Assembly: GCA_963663965.2 (NCBI GenBank)
Contig: CAXXFK010000029.1
Span: forward strand, 1 to 64,000
Length of the DNA: 64,000 bases
Direction of reading: 5' to 3'
Origin: Sedimentisphaerales bacterium
GTDB taxonomy: Bacteria; Planctomycetota; Phycisphaerae; Sedimentisphaerales; SM23-30
The notes under the pieces were generated by a model. The model had not been told where the DNA came from. It saw only the letters and a program-made list of their open reading frames with translations, and did not search any database. The position numbers were made by a program, and so were the translations under genes. Below are positions 10,499 to 20,300 of this stretch, piece after piece (position 1 is the stretch's first letter; each line of letters opens with the position of its first letter).

Positions 10499-11394
10499 TG
10501 GGCTACAATATTAAGTGTTCTTTGGATATTGAATCATCTACACTGAATTGGAAATCAGTACTTGATATCTATAATAGTGTTGGTGTAAAACTATTTGAAG
10601 ACTATGATCCTGAAGGGGATGTGGTTGAGTTTTGGGATTTCGATGTTAATGATTATCATAAATTATGCAAAGTCAAAAAGGAGATATTAAAAATAGCTCC
10701 TGATGTAATTGTTAAGGAGATGGTCAGGCCAGATGTTTGTAAGGTTTCTAAGTATGACAGTCGGCACTATATATGCTATCGCTTTGCCAATATAGTTGCC
10801 AATGCAGAAATTACTCACCATACCGACAGTGAGGTAGTTTGTCAGGCATGTGGCAACTATCATCAGGATCAGGATTTTATCCCTAAAATCAATCTTGCCA
10901 AATTGCAGTCAAAGCCCATTTTAATGGATTTTTATGGTACCCTGAAGGTTTTTTGCAGGCCCAGGTTTATTGAAAACTATAAACAATCTGGTTTGACGGG
11001 TTTGTCTTTTGCTGATTGGGGTATATCTGATAAGAAAGGGCTACCGTTGGCGCAGGTTAGACCCCAGAAACATATTTGGCAGGATAGAACAGGTGTTTGT
11101 GATGAATGTGAGATGAAAACTAACATTACCTCGATACTAGGAGTGTTCAACACACATGAAATATTCAAATATGATTTTCAATATGTCTCTGTAAATGACA
11201 GGGAAGGCGAGGGTTTCATACTTAGCAAAAGGGCGTTGGAGTTTTGCGCAAAGTTCACAAGAGATTCAGTTGACGATTATCTGACATACCCTGTTATTCC
11301 GGGTTACATGGAAGATAAAATATGGCCAGAGCCGAAAATGTTCACAAATGGTGAAGCGCCACTATTTATGCTGCGTCGAAGTTGGGAAAAATAA
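10498..11394 (+). CDS. Putative immunity-like protein with two CxxC pairs
   Basis: CQACG and CDECE; 'FIENYKQSGLTGLSF' segment; low GC; translationally coupled to the upstream fragment. Confidence 0.55.
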   Translation: MGYNIKCSLDIESSTLNWKSVLDIYNSVGVKLFEDYDPEGDVVEFWDFDVNDYHKLCKVKKEILKIAPDVIVKEMVRPDVCKVSKYDSRHYICYRFANIVANAEITHHTDSEVVCQACGNYHQDQDFIPKINLAKLQSKPILMDFYGTLKVFCRPRFIENYKQSGLTGLSFADWGISDKKGLPLAQVRPQKHIWQDRTGVCDECEMKTNITSILGVFNTHEIFKYDFQYVSVNDREGEGFILSKRALEFCAKFTRDSVDDYLTYPVIPGYMEDKIWPEPKMFTNGEAPLFMLRRSWEK

Positions 11395-11549
11395 TAGATT
11401 TATCAAGAACAGTAGCGTAGATTGGCAAAACTCGCAGAATTGTGCCAGTAAAGAAATTGACGGTAAAAATATTCATTGGTAAACTAGGGCAAACTAGGGA
11501 CAGGGGGACAACACCCCCACTGTCACCAATTAGAAAGGAGTCCATTCAA

Positions 11550-14500
11550 ATGGCAAAAGGCCCAACCTTGTTTCTTATCGTTTGCCTGATATTTTTGAGT
11601 CGCATGGTGGTATCGGCAGCGCCGGAGCAGGGCGCTGTTCCTGCTGGCCATAGCCTGACAGACTTTGTGGATGTTTTTGTGGGAACCCAGGGTGATTATG
11701 GCCAGCTTTATCCCGGGGCGACGGTTCCTTTTGGGCTGGTTAAACTGAGCCCGGACACCAGCCGGAAAGGACATGCCGGTTATGATTTCAGCGATCCGGT
11801 CTGTACGGGCTTTTCGCATACCCGGCTGGGCGGTGTGGGGTGCAGCGGGGCCGGCGGTACCTTGAAAATCAAACCGGGGTTTGGCAAAGCGAAAACCGAT
11901 CGCATGGCCAAGGATTCCGAAAGCGGAACTCCCGGATTTTATACGGTTTCGTTTGAGAACGGCATTCGGGTGGAGTTGACTGTTTCCAATCGAGTGGGAT
12001 TCCATCGCTATTTCTTTCCGGATTCATCGGAGGAGGTCACTATCCAGCTGGACCCGACTTATGGCTATGACAAAACGCTGGAATCCGATATCAAGGTCGA
12101 AAACAATCATTTGCTGACGGGGTTCGTCAAAGCGGACAATGTGTGTGGCCACAAGTATTACACGCTCTATTACGCCGTGCTGTTCGATCAGGATTTTATC
12201 CAGACGGAACCGGATGGGAAAAAACTCTGGTGTCAGTTCAAGCCGGGCGATAGCGACCGGGTTATCCAGCTCAAAGTGGGGCTATCCCCGGTCAGCGTCG
12301 CGCAGGCGATCGAAGAATGTAAGCGGGATATCGCGGATTGGGATTTCGACGGCGCCTGCCGGCGGGCTGGGGCTGCCTGGGAAGAAAAGCTGGCTAAAAT
12401 CGCGATCGGTCCGGTCCCACAGGAGTTGGAAGAATTTCGCGATTTATTCTATACCTGCCTCTATCGCAGCTATTTGATTCCTCACAACGTCACCAGCAGT
12501 GGTGGAACCTATAAAATGGCCGGGGATGAAGAGACGGTTCGCCATACCGGCGAGGTGGCGCCGGACTATGTAAACTATTCCGGCTGGAGCACCTGGGACG
12601 ATTTTCGCAAGTTCAGTTTAATTTCGTTGATGGAGCCGGAAATCGGTCTGAATATCGCCCGTTCCATCGTGGAATGGTTCAAGGGCGGCAACACCCCGGC
12701 CTGGGGGGATGGCTATTGGCCCACACCCACGGTGCGCAATGAGTTTATCAACGCGATTGTTCTGGATGCCTGGCAGAAGGGGTTGCGCGGATACGACGCG
12801 GAGGCCGCTTACCAGGGGATGAAGACGACGATCCATGGTAACGATCAGTTGGAAAAGCCTTATCAGAACTATATTCTGATGAAAATGGCGGAATCGCTCG
12901 GTAAAACAGAGGACGCCAAAGCTTATCGGGAACTGGCGTTGACATATCGCGATTACTGGTGCGCCGGTCAGGTGGATGGTGAAGGAACCCCGCGCGGTTT
13001 CTTTACGGCCGATGGCAAGCCTGTTGCGCAAGACCGGGTCGATTCTTTCAAGTCCGGTTTCTATGAGGGCAATCTGTGGCATTACCGGTTTTTTGTGCCG
13101 CACGACGCGCAGGGATTGATCAATCTACGCGGCGGCCGGGAGCTGCTGGCGGAGGACCTGGATTATTACTTCTCCAACTGGATGCATACCCCTTTGAATG
13201 AGCCGCCATTGGCCTATCCCTATTTATTTAACTATTGCGGCCGCGCCTGGCGTACGCAATACTGGGCGCGCGCTTATATTACCGATGTGGTGACCAATAT
13301 TTATCACAATCATGGTTTATTTCCCGCGCCGGTCATTCGCCGTGTTTATCAAAAGCAGCCGGCCGGCTGGCTGCCCACTATGGATGACGATACCGGCGCG
13401 ATGTCCAGCCATTTTGTTTTTTCGGCGCTGGGGCTTTATCCGGCCTGTGTGGGGGATGGCTGTTATGTTATCGGTTCACCGCTGTTTCCGGAAGTGGCGC
13501 TGAATATGGGACAAGGCAGGACGTTTACGATCAAGGCCAACCATGCCTCCCTGGCCAACCGTTATATTCAATCCGCCCGTCTGAATGGCAAGCCCTATGA
13601 AAAGACCTGGATTGATTTTAAGACGATTCAGCAGGGCGGTGTGCTGGAATTCCAGATGGGCGACCGGCCCAATCGTGACTGGGGCAGCGATCCGGGATCG
13701 GCGCCGCCTTCACTGTCGGAGGCGTGGGAGCCGGCGCAAGCTCAAGCGCGGATAACCCAAAACGATCCAGCGACTGACTGGTTTAAAAAAGCGCGTTATG
13801 GTGTTTTCATGCATTTTTTGCCGGGCAATCCGGAACAGTTGGCATTGGTGGACCAGTTTGACGTTGAAACGCTGGCCACCCAACTGGAGGAGATGGGGGC
13901 GGGCTATTTTGTGATTACCCTGGGCCAGAATTCCGGTTATATGAATTCACCCAATGCCGCCTATGATGAGATGACCGGCTATGGTCCCGGTGAGCGGTGT
14001 TCCAAACGGGATTTGCCCGGCGAGCTCTATACGGCCCTGAATGGCAGAGGCATACGGTTGATGCTGTATCTGCCCTGCCAGGTTCCCAATCAGGACCGTC
14101 ATGCCCAGGAGGCATTTGGACTTTCGGTCGGCCCGGGTGACCGGCCGATAAATACCGCGTTTGCCTCAGAATGGGCCAAAGTGATTCAAGAGTGGTCCGA
14201 TCGATACGGTGACAAGGTGGCCGGATGGTGGTTCGATGGCGGGTATCAACATATCGGGTTCAACGAAGCCATCGCGCAAATCTATGCGGACGCGGTGAGG
14301 CATGGGAATCCGCACGCCCTGATCACTTTTAATCCCGGCGTGAAAGTTATCCGTTGGACCCAGGCTGAGAATTATACCGCCGGTGAATTAAATGAGCCGT
14401 TTGGCATACTTCCTGCTTTGCGTTGGCTGGATGGCTCGCAATGGCATGCGTTGACTTTCCTGGGCTCTTCGTGGTCACGGCGCGACACACGCTTTCCAAC

Positions 14501-14657
14501 CCAATCCTGGGCTGACTGGGTCCAGAATGTGGTGTCCCGAAGCGGTGTGGTTACCCTGGATATGGGCCCGAACTGGGATCATCAGGCCGGTCCGATCGGT
14601 TCACTGGCCGAGGCCCAGGTCCAACAGGTCAAAGCGATCCGGGATAAGCTGAAATAA
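11550..14657 (+). CDS. Secreted GH92 alpha-mannosidase-family protein fused to a C-terminal GH29/GH107-like TIM-barrel glycosidase
   Basis: Signal peptide; PGATVPFG, GFSHT, WSTWD, FYEGN, NEP and DDDTGAMS (GH92); C-terminal WFKKARYGVFMH...GWWFDG; AAAGGAG RBS before 11550. Confidence 0.85.
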   Translation: MAKGPTLFLIVCLIFLSRMVVSAAPEQGAVPAGHSLTDFVDVFVGTQGDYGQLYPGATVPFGLVKLSPDTSRKGHAGYDFSDPVCTGFSHTRLGGVGCSGAGGTLKIKPGFGKAKTDRMAKDSESGTPGFYTVSFENGIRVELTVSNRVGFHRYFFPDSSEEVTIQLDPTYGYDKTLESDIKVENNHLLTGFVKADNVCGHKYYTLYYAVLFDQDFIQTEPDGKKLWCQFKPGDSDRVIQLKVGLSPVSVAQAIEECKRDIADWDFDGACRRAGAAWEEKLAKIAIGPVPQELEEFRDLFYTCLYRSYLIPHNVTSSGGTYKMAGDEETVRHTGEVAPDYVNYSGWSTWDDFRKFSLISLMEPEIGLNIARSIVEWFKGGNTPAWGDGYWPTPTVRNEFINAIVLDAWQKGLRGYDAEAAYQGMKTTIHGNDQLEKPYQNYILMKMAESLGKTEDAKAYRELALTYRDYWCAGQVDGEGTPRGFFTADGKPVAQDRVDSFKSGFYEGNLWHYRFFVPHDAQGLINLRGGRELLAEDLDYYFSNWMHTPLNEPPLAYPYLFNYCGRAWRTQYWARAYITDVVTNIYHNHGLFPAPVIRRVYQKQPAGWLPTMDDDTGAMSSHFVFSALGLYPACVGDGCYVIGSPLFPEVALNMGQGRTFTIKANHASLANRYIQSARLNGKPYEKTWIDFKTIQQGGVLEFQMGDRPNRDWGSDPGSAPPSLSEAWEPAQAQARITQNDPATDWFKKARYGVFMHFLPGNPEQLALVDQFDVETLATQLEEMGAGYFVITLGQNSGYMNSPNAAYDEMTGYGPGERCSKRDLPGELYTALNGRGIRLMLYLPCQVPNQDRHAQEAFGLSVGPGDRPINTAFASEWAKVIQEWSDRYGDKVAGWWFDGGYQHIGFNEAIAQIYADAVRHGNPHALITFNPGVKVIRWTQAENYTAGELNEPFGILPALRWLDGSQWHALTFLGSSWSRRDTRFPTQSWADWVQNVVSRSGVVTLDMGPNWDHQAGPIGSLAEAQVQQVKAIRDKLK

Positions 14658-14718
14658 AAATTTTTGACAGTTACTGGTTTCACTCGTTTAAGTTCAAAGT
14701 TTTAAGGAGACGGATTTT

Positions 14719-16125
14719 ATGATGATGGAGATACAGAAAACAAGCTGGCAGGAACGCTATCACGCTTCAGAGATCTATACGCTGCGGTGCAGGGTTCTCG
14801 ATGTGCCGGGCATGCTGGGAAAACTGATTACGGCGATAGGGCAGACCCAGACACATTTAGGGGACATCAGCACGGTTGGAATCGAGAGTCACAGTAAAAT
14901 CAGAGAAATCCAGGTGTATTGTTCCGACAAAAAGCATCTGAACGAATTACTCGAAAAAGTGAATCAAATTGAAGGTGTCGAGGTATTGGATCTCAGGGAT
15001 GACGTTCTGGAAACTCACCGACGGGGGACTATCGAAATGAAAAGCCGGGTATCCATTCAATGCCTGACGGATCTGCGAATGGTCTATACGCCGGGCGTGG
15101 CTTCGGTATGTAATAAAATTACCGAAGCGGCGGATGCCGCCTGGGAGTTGACGGGGATTTGCGATCGTGTCGCGATTGTCACAAACGGGACGGCTGTCCT
15201 GGGATTGGGCAATATTGGCGTTCTGCCTTCTTTGCCGGTCATGGAGGGGAAATCCGCGATATTTGCCGAGTTTGCGAATATCAGCGCGTTTCCGATCCTG
15301 GTAAATTCTCAAGATCCCGATCAGGTGGTAGAGACCGTCTGCCTGTTGTCGGAAGGATTTGGCGCGATCCAGCTGGAAGATATTGCCGCTCCTGAATGTT
15401 TTGAGATCGAGCAGCGATTAAGGGATAAGCTCAGCATTCCGGTGTTTCATGATGACCAGCATGGGACATCGACCGTACTCCTGGCCGCATTGATTAACGC
15501 GTTAAAGCGAACCGGCCGAACGCCTCAGGATTCTACCGCGGTGATCCTTGGGGCCGGCGCCGCCGGCTATGCGATCACGATGATTCTTTTGGAGTTTGGC
15601 ATAAAGGATATTGTGGTTTATGATTCGGCCGGACCGCTTTACGCCGGCCGAATTGAAAAGATGAATCCTTATAAACAGCAACTGGCGGAGATGACCAACA
15701 AGATGAACATAAAAGGCGATTTATCAGAGGGTTTCAGGGACAGGGATATTTTTATTGGTGTGGCCAGACCCAACATGGTCTCGAAGGACATGGTGGCTGC
15801 CATGGCCAGGGATTCTCTGGTATTTCCACTGAGTAATCCGGTGGGTGAAATCGGTGTTGATGAGGCCTTGGCAGCGGGCGCCGCGGTGGCGGCTGACGGG
15901 CGGACAATCAATAATGCCCTGGCCTATCCCGGTCTGTTCCGGGGCGCACTGGATGTCAGGGCCGGAGACATCACCATGGAGATGCAACTGGCGGCAGCGC
16001 GAACGCTGGCTGCTCTCGCTGCCAACGGCGCGCTCCTGCCGGATATGCTGAACAGGGACGTTCATCATCAGGTCGCCAAAGGAGTCGCGCAGTGTTATGG
16101 CCTGCACCCCGAAAATCGGTCCTGA
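14719..16125 (+). CDS. NAD(P)-dependent malic enzyme with N-terminal ACT domain
   Basis: YTPGVA, NGTAVLGLG, MEGK, QLEDIAAP, FHDDQHGT, GAGAAG, LSNP, NNALAYPG; DVPGMLG ACT motif. Confidence 0.9.
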   Translation: MMMEIQKTSWQERYHASEIYTLRCRVLDVPGMLGKLITAIGQTQTHLGDISTVGIESHSKIREIQVYCSDKKHLNELLEKVNQIEGVEVLDLRDDVLETHRRGTIEMKSRVSIQCLTDLRMVYTPGVASVCNKITEAADAAWELTGICDRVAIVTNGTAVLGLGNIGVLPSLPVMEGKSAIFAEFANISAFPILVNSQDPDQVVETVCLLSEGFGAIQLEDIAAPECFEIEQRLRDKLSIPVFHDDQHGTSTVLLAALINALKRTGRTPQDSTAVILGAGAAGYAITMILLEFGIKDIVVYDSAGPLYAGRIEKMNPYKQQLAEMTNKMNIKGDLSEGFRDRDIFIGVARPNMVSKDMVAAMARDSLVFPLSNPVGEIGVDEALAAGAAVAADGRTINNALAYPGLFRGALDVRAGDITMEMQLAAARTLAALAANGALLPDMLNRDVHHQVAKGVAQCYGLHPENRS

Positions 16126-16139
16126 ACAGCCGACGCACT

Positions 16140-16244
16140 TATACCCAATGGGTATGAATATTCCTGATCGTTTGCAAGCTTAGTATATATAAGTAAAACA
16201 CTTATGTTGCAACCAAGCGGTCATTTTCAATGGTAAGCAGTATA
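16140..16244 (+). mobile_element. 105-bp MITE-like repeat, copy 1
   Basis: TATACCCAATGGGTATGAATATTCCTGATCG...CATTTTCAATGGTAAGCAGTATA; aligns with six other copies. Confidence 0.8.
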
Positions 16245-16272
16245 CATTTGTCTTTCAAAAGGATCAAAAATT

Positions 16273-17169
16273 ATGAAGTGCAATTCCCGTATGTCGTTTT
16301 CCCGGAGACTATTCCTGAAAGCTGCGGGCATGGCCTCTCTGTCCGCCGGCAGCCTTTGGGCTCAGAACGAGACATCCGATTTGAAACCTTCGGTTTTGTC
16401 GAAAATACGCGTCGGTCAGATTAAGGTTTACCCGGTCAAAGGCGATCTCCAGGCCAATCATAAGATGCTGATGGAGATTCTCGATACGATCGAAAAAAAC
16501 GAGAAGGTTGACGTGGTGATTACCCCGGAAGGATTTCTTGACGGATATGTGTCAACGTTGGAAACGGTCGGCAAAGAGGACATGATCAATTATGCCATTG
16601 ATCCGGAAAAGTCCGAGTATGTCAAGGCTGTTTCGGAGTGGTCGAAACGGAACAAAAGCTGGTTTATTTTCGGCTGTACCCGCAAGGCATCGGATGGGAT
16701 ATACAATACGGCTTTGATTTTCAATCGCGCCGGCAAGCTGATTGGTTCTTATGACAAACTGCATATTCAGACCCATGACTATAAATACACACCAGGCAAA
16801 CATTTGAAAGTTTTCGAGTCGGATTTCGGAACATTTGGAGTGATGATTTGCGCGGACCGGCGCTGGCCCGAAACAACGCGGACTTTGACCCTGAAGGGCG
16901 CGAAAATCATCATGAATCCCACTTATGGTTTTCACGGTGATCTGAATAACTGTATGATGCGCACCCGGTCTTATGAAAATGGGATCTATATTGCATTTAC
17001 CCATCCGGGCCAGTCACTGATCACCGATCCAAATGGAAAAATAACCTGTGATCATAGCAATAAAGAGAAGACATATGCCGTTACCGAAGTTGACCTCTCC
17101 AACTCGCAACTCGACAGACGCGGGCATATTCGCGATCGACGGACAGATGTATATGAGTTGTATACCTAA
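16273..17169 (+). CDS. Tat-exported carbon-nitrogen hydrolase (nitrilase superfamily)
   Basis: SRRLFLK twin-arginine signal; catalytic E (TPEG), K (YDKLH) and C (ICAD). Confidence 0.88.
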   Translation: MKCNSRMSFSRRLFLKAAGMASLSAGSLWAQNETSDLKPSVLSKIRVGQIKVYPVKGDLQANHKMLMEILDTIEKNEKVDVVITPEGFLDGYVSTLETVGKEDMINYAIDPEKSEYVKAVSEWSKRNKSWFIFGCTRKASDGIYNTALIFNRAGKLIGSYDKLHIQTHDYKYTPGKHLKVFESDFGTFGVMICADRRWPETTRTLTLKGAKIIMNPTYGFHGDLNNCMMRTRSYENGIYIAFTHPGQSLITDPNGKITCDHSNKEKTYAVTEVDLSNSQLDRRGHIRDRRTDVYELYT

Positions 17170-17245
17170 TGAGTATAAAAATGCCTGATCGCTCGCAAGT
17201 ACTTATTTCACGGCCTAACGGGCATTGTCAAACGTTAATAGTATA
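17161..17245 (+). mobile_element. MITE-like repeat, copy 2 (internally deleted, 85 bp)
   Basis: TATACCTAATGAGTATAAAAATGCCTGATCGCTC...CGGGCATTGTCAAACGTTAATAGTATA; overlaps the hydrolase stop codon. Confidence 0.75.
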
Positions 17246-17317
17246 ATACTGGATTACGTCCTGGAGAATTTCAATACCATGGGGATTCGAACATCAACTT
17301 TCGCGGGATATCGCAAA

Positions 17318-20300
17318 ATGAGTTTTCCTGTCAGCCACTTTAAATTCGTGGTACCGATCCTGGTTTTTTCTCAGTGGATTCTGACGGCTCCCAGTCTGTC
17401 GGCCCAAGCTGTTCCAGCGGCAACTGACCAGATTGGCCTGCTGGGCCATTGGGACTTCGATGACGATACCGACGGATTCTGCCGCGACTGGATCAACAGG
17501 CTCGACGGCCGGATCGTCAGCGGAGTTACCCGGGTGGAGGGGGTGTTTCAGTCGGCGGTGGAACTGAAAGAGGCCGGCGTGATTCGCGTCACTGCCACAC
17601 CCGCGTTGCACCGGTTGAATCAGTTTGGCATCTCAGTATGGGTCCGGCCCACCGAACTGGGCCGATTCCGTGAATTGTTCCGCAAGGAAGATGGCGACCG
17701 GAGGTTGTTATTTTCCTTTCAGGAAAACGGAACCATCCTGTCGCTGGGATTGAATATTACAGGAACCGGCTATGGGGAACTGGACGCGCCGGTTGATCCC
17801 AGGGTATTGCTGGATGGCCGATGGCACCATGCCGCCGGAACCTTTGACGGCCGGACCATGCGGGTCTTTCTGGACGGACTGGAAATCGCGACGCTGGAAC
17901 GACCGGGCCGGCTGGTGTGTGGAGAAACGGCGGACGCCTTTATCGGATCGTCATCCGGCGCCGGCGAGTTCTTTCAGGGACGATTGGATGATTTACGTCT
18001 CTGGAGTGTCGCGCCGGACACCGCCGTCCTTCGTGAGTTGTACGAATCCGGGCTCCAGATGGAACTGACCAAAGAACGGCAAAGCCAGAACCTGCTGGAG
18101 CAGGTGTATCGGGAAGCGTCAACCTTTGCCGCGACGCTGGCGGCAACACGGGCGAATTTGCTTAAACTGGGCCAGAAAGCGCCTGACGCCCTGGAGCGGC
18201 TGATCGCGGCGAAGCTGGCCGGACGTTTTGATGCGGAGAGCCGGGAATTCTATCGGATCACGCAACGGGGAATCGGACCGTATCTGAGCGCGAGCGATAA
18301 TCAATGGAATGAGCAAACAGCCGGACGATTGCTGGAACTGGCGTTGGAATACCTGCCGTTGACGGACTCGCAATGGTCTGGATTATCGCAGTCCGAACGC
18401 GACCAGTGGAACGAGACCCTGACGCTCCAGAAGCGGTTCGAACAGTTGAAAGCGCGCGGGGCGGAGGCAACCAGCGACCCGGCATGGGTGGGAACCATAT
18501 TGGCGGCGGGGCGGAGTGTTGTCGAACGTCCATCGCGTTATGAAGCGGTGGCGCCTTATGTAAAGCCCTATACACCCGAAACACGCGACTATACGCAAGC
18601 CGAAGCCCATATCCTGCTGCAACGCGACTGGCTGCATCAGGCCGATGGCAAAATCACTGCCGAGAGTGTCCGCCGCGAGATCCACCGGGCGTATGAGGTG
18701 GCAACGCGCATTCAGCAGGGTACTGAAAAGGTCGATCTGGCAAAGGAATTGACACTGCTGGATAAGCTGGCTATACCGCGTACCCAAGGGGATGAAGAAG
18801 AGAGGTATTACGCGGTACGGGCCATCAAACGGCGGCTTATGCTGGCCGATCCGGCCATTGATTTCGACCGCGTACTGTTTATCGACATTCCATTCCCCGC
18901 CGGTTCGGAATGGCCTCATGAAACCCGCCACCGGCTGGGCTACATGGCAGTACCGGGCGGCCGGCTTATGATTCTCAAAGGACTGGGGCCCGATGGCCAT
19001 GTGACCAAACTGATGCCACAGGAACCGCTGCATGGAACTTTCTGGCGGCCGGATTTATCGTTCGACGGCCAACGGGTGCTGTTTTCCTTTCATCCAGCCA
19101 ACGAAAAAAATTTCCACCTCTATGAGATCAATATCGACGGAACAGGCCTGCGCCAGATTACCTCGGGAATTTACGACGATGTCGATCCGGTTTACCTGCC
19201 CGATGGCGAGCACCTTGTTTTTGCCAGCACGCGTGGGCACAACTATGTGCGCTGCATGCCGCCAACGAACTCGTTTACCCTGAGCCGATGCCGACTGGAT
19301 GGTCAGGGTATCTACCTGATCAGCCGTAACAACGAGCCGGATTACCTGCCGGCGTTACTGAACGATGGCCGGGTAATTTACACCCGGTGGGAATACACTG
19401 ACAAACCACTCTGGCGCGCCCAGTCACTCTGGACGATGAATCCGGACGGTACCCGGGCGGCCACCTATTGGGGCAATCAGACCGTCTGGCCCGACCTGCT
19501 CAAGGACGCCCGTCAGATTCCGGGCAGCCATCGGGTGATGTTTACCGGATCGGCGCATCACAACTGGTTCGCCGGCAGTATCGGGATCGTTGACATGCAG
19601 AAAGGACTCAACTTTCCAGATGGCCTGACCAAGGTGACGGCGGAATTGGAATGGCCGGAATCGGGCAATGGACCAGTGGATCCGGTTGAGTCCCCAAATT
19701 ACTATGCCAGCGGCCGTTATGAGGCCTACCAGAATCCCTACCCGCTGAGTCCGGAACTGTTTCTGGTCTCCGCCAGTCACGGCGGGAAATTCGTTTTGTA
19801 TCTGATGGATATTGACGGTAACCGTGAGTTGATTTATGAGGGGGCACACCACCTCTTTCACGCCATGCCAGTCCATGCCCGCCGCAAACCGCCCGTTATT
19901 CCCAATATGGTTCAGTGGCCCGGTCCTGACGAACGGTTCAATCCCGCTCCGGGTATCATCTACAGCAACAATGTCTATCGAAACGCGCCGACCGAACTCC
20001 AGGGCCAGGCGAAATATCTCCGCATTCTGACGGTGGATCCCAAGACCTACAGCTACTGGTACAAACGGCCTTACGCCTCGACCGGGCCGGTGGTTTCCAT
20101 GGTCGCTTCGGAAGGCGTGAAGCGGATATTGGGAACCGTTCCAATCGAAAGCGACGGATCGGTCTGCTTCGAGGCACCTTCCGGCCGCGCCCTGTATTTC
20201 CAACTGCTTGATGACCAGCAGCGCGCCCTGCAAACCATGCGTTCCATCTCCGGGGTGATGCCCGGCGAGACCCGTGGGTGTCTGGGTTGTCATGAGATGC

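Larger units (their letters stand above)
10034..11531. mobile_element. REPIN-like cassette: 28-bp inverted repeats (10044-10071 / 11476-11503) around 1.4 kb of cargo
   Basis: Reverse complement of the left arm TTGGTAAATTAGGGTAAATTCGGGACAG versus right arm TTGGTAAACTAGGGCAAACTAGGGACAG (24/28). Confidence 0.6.
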
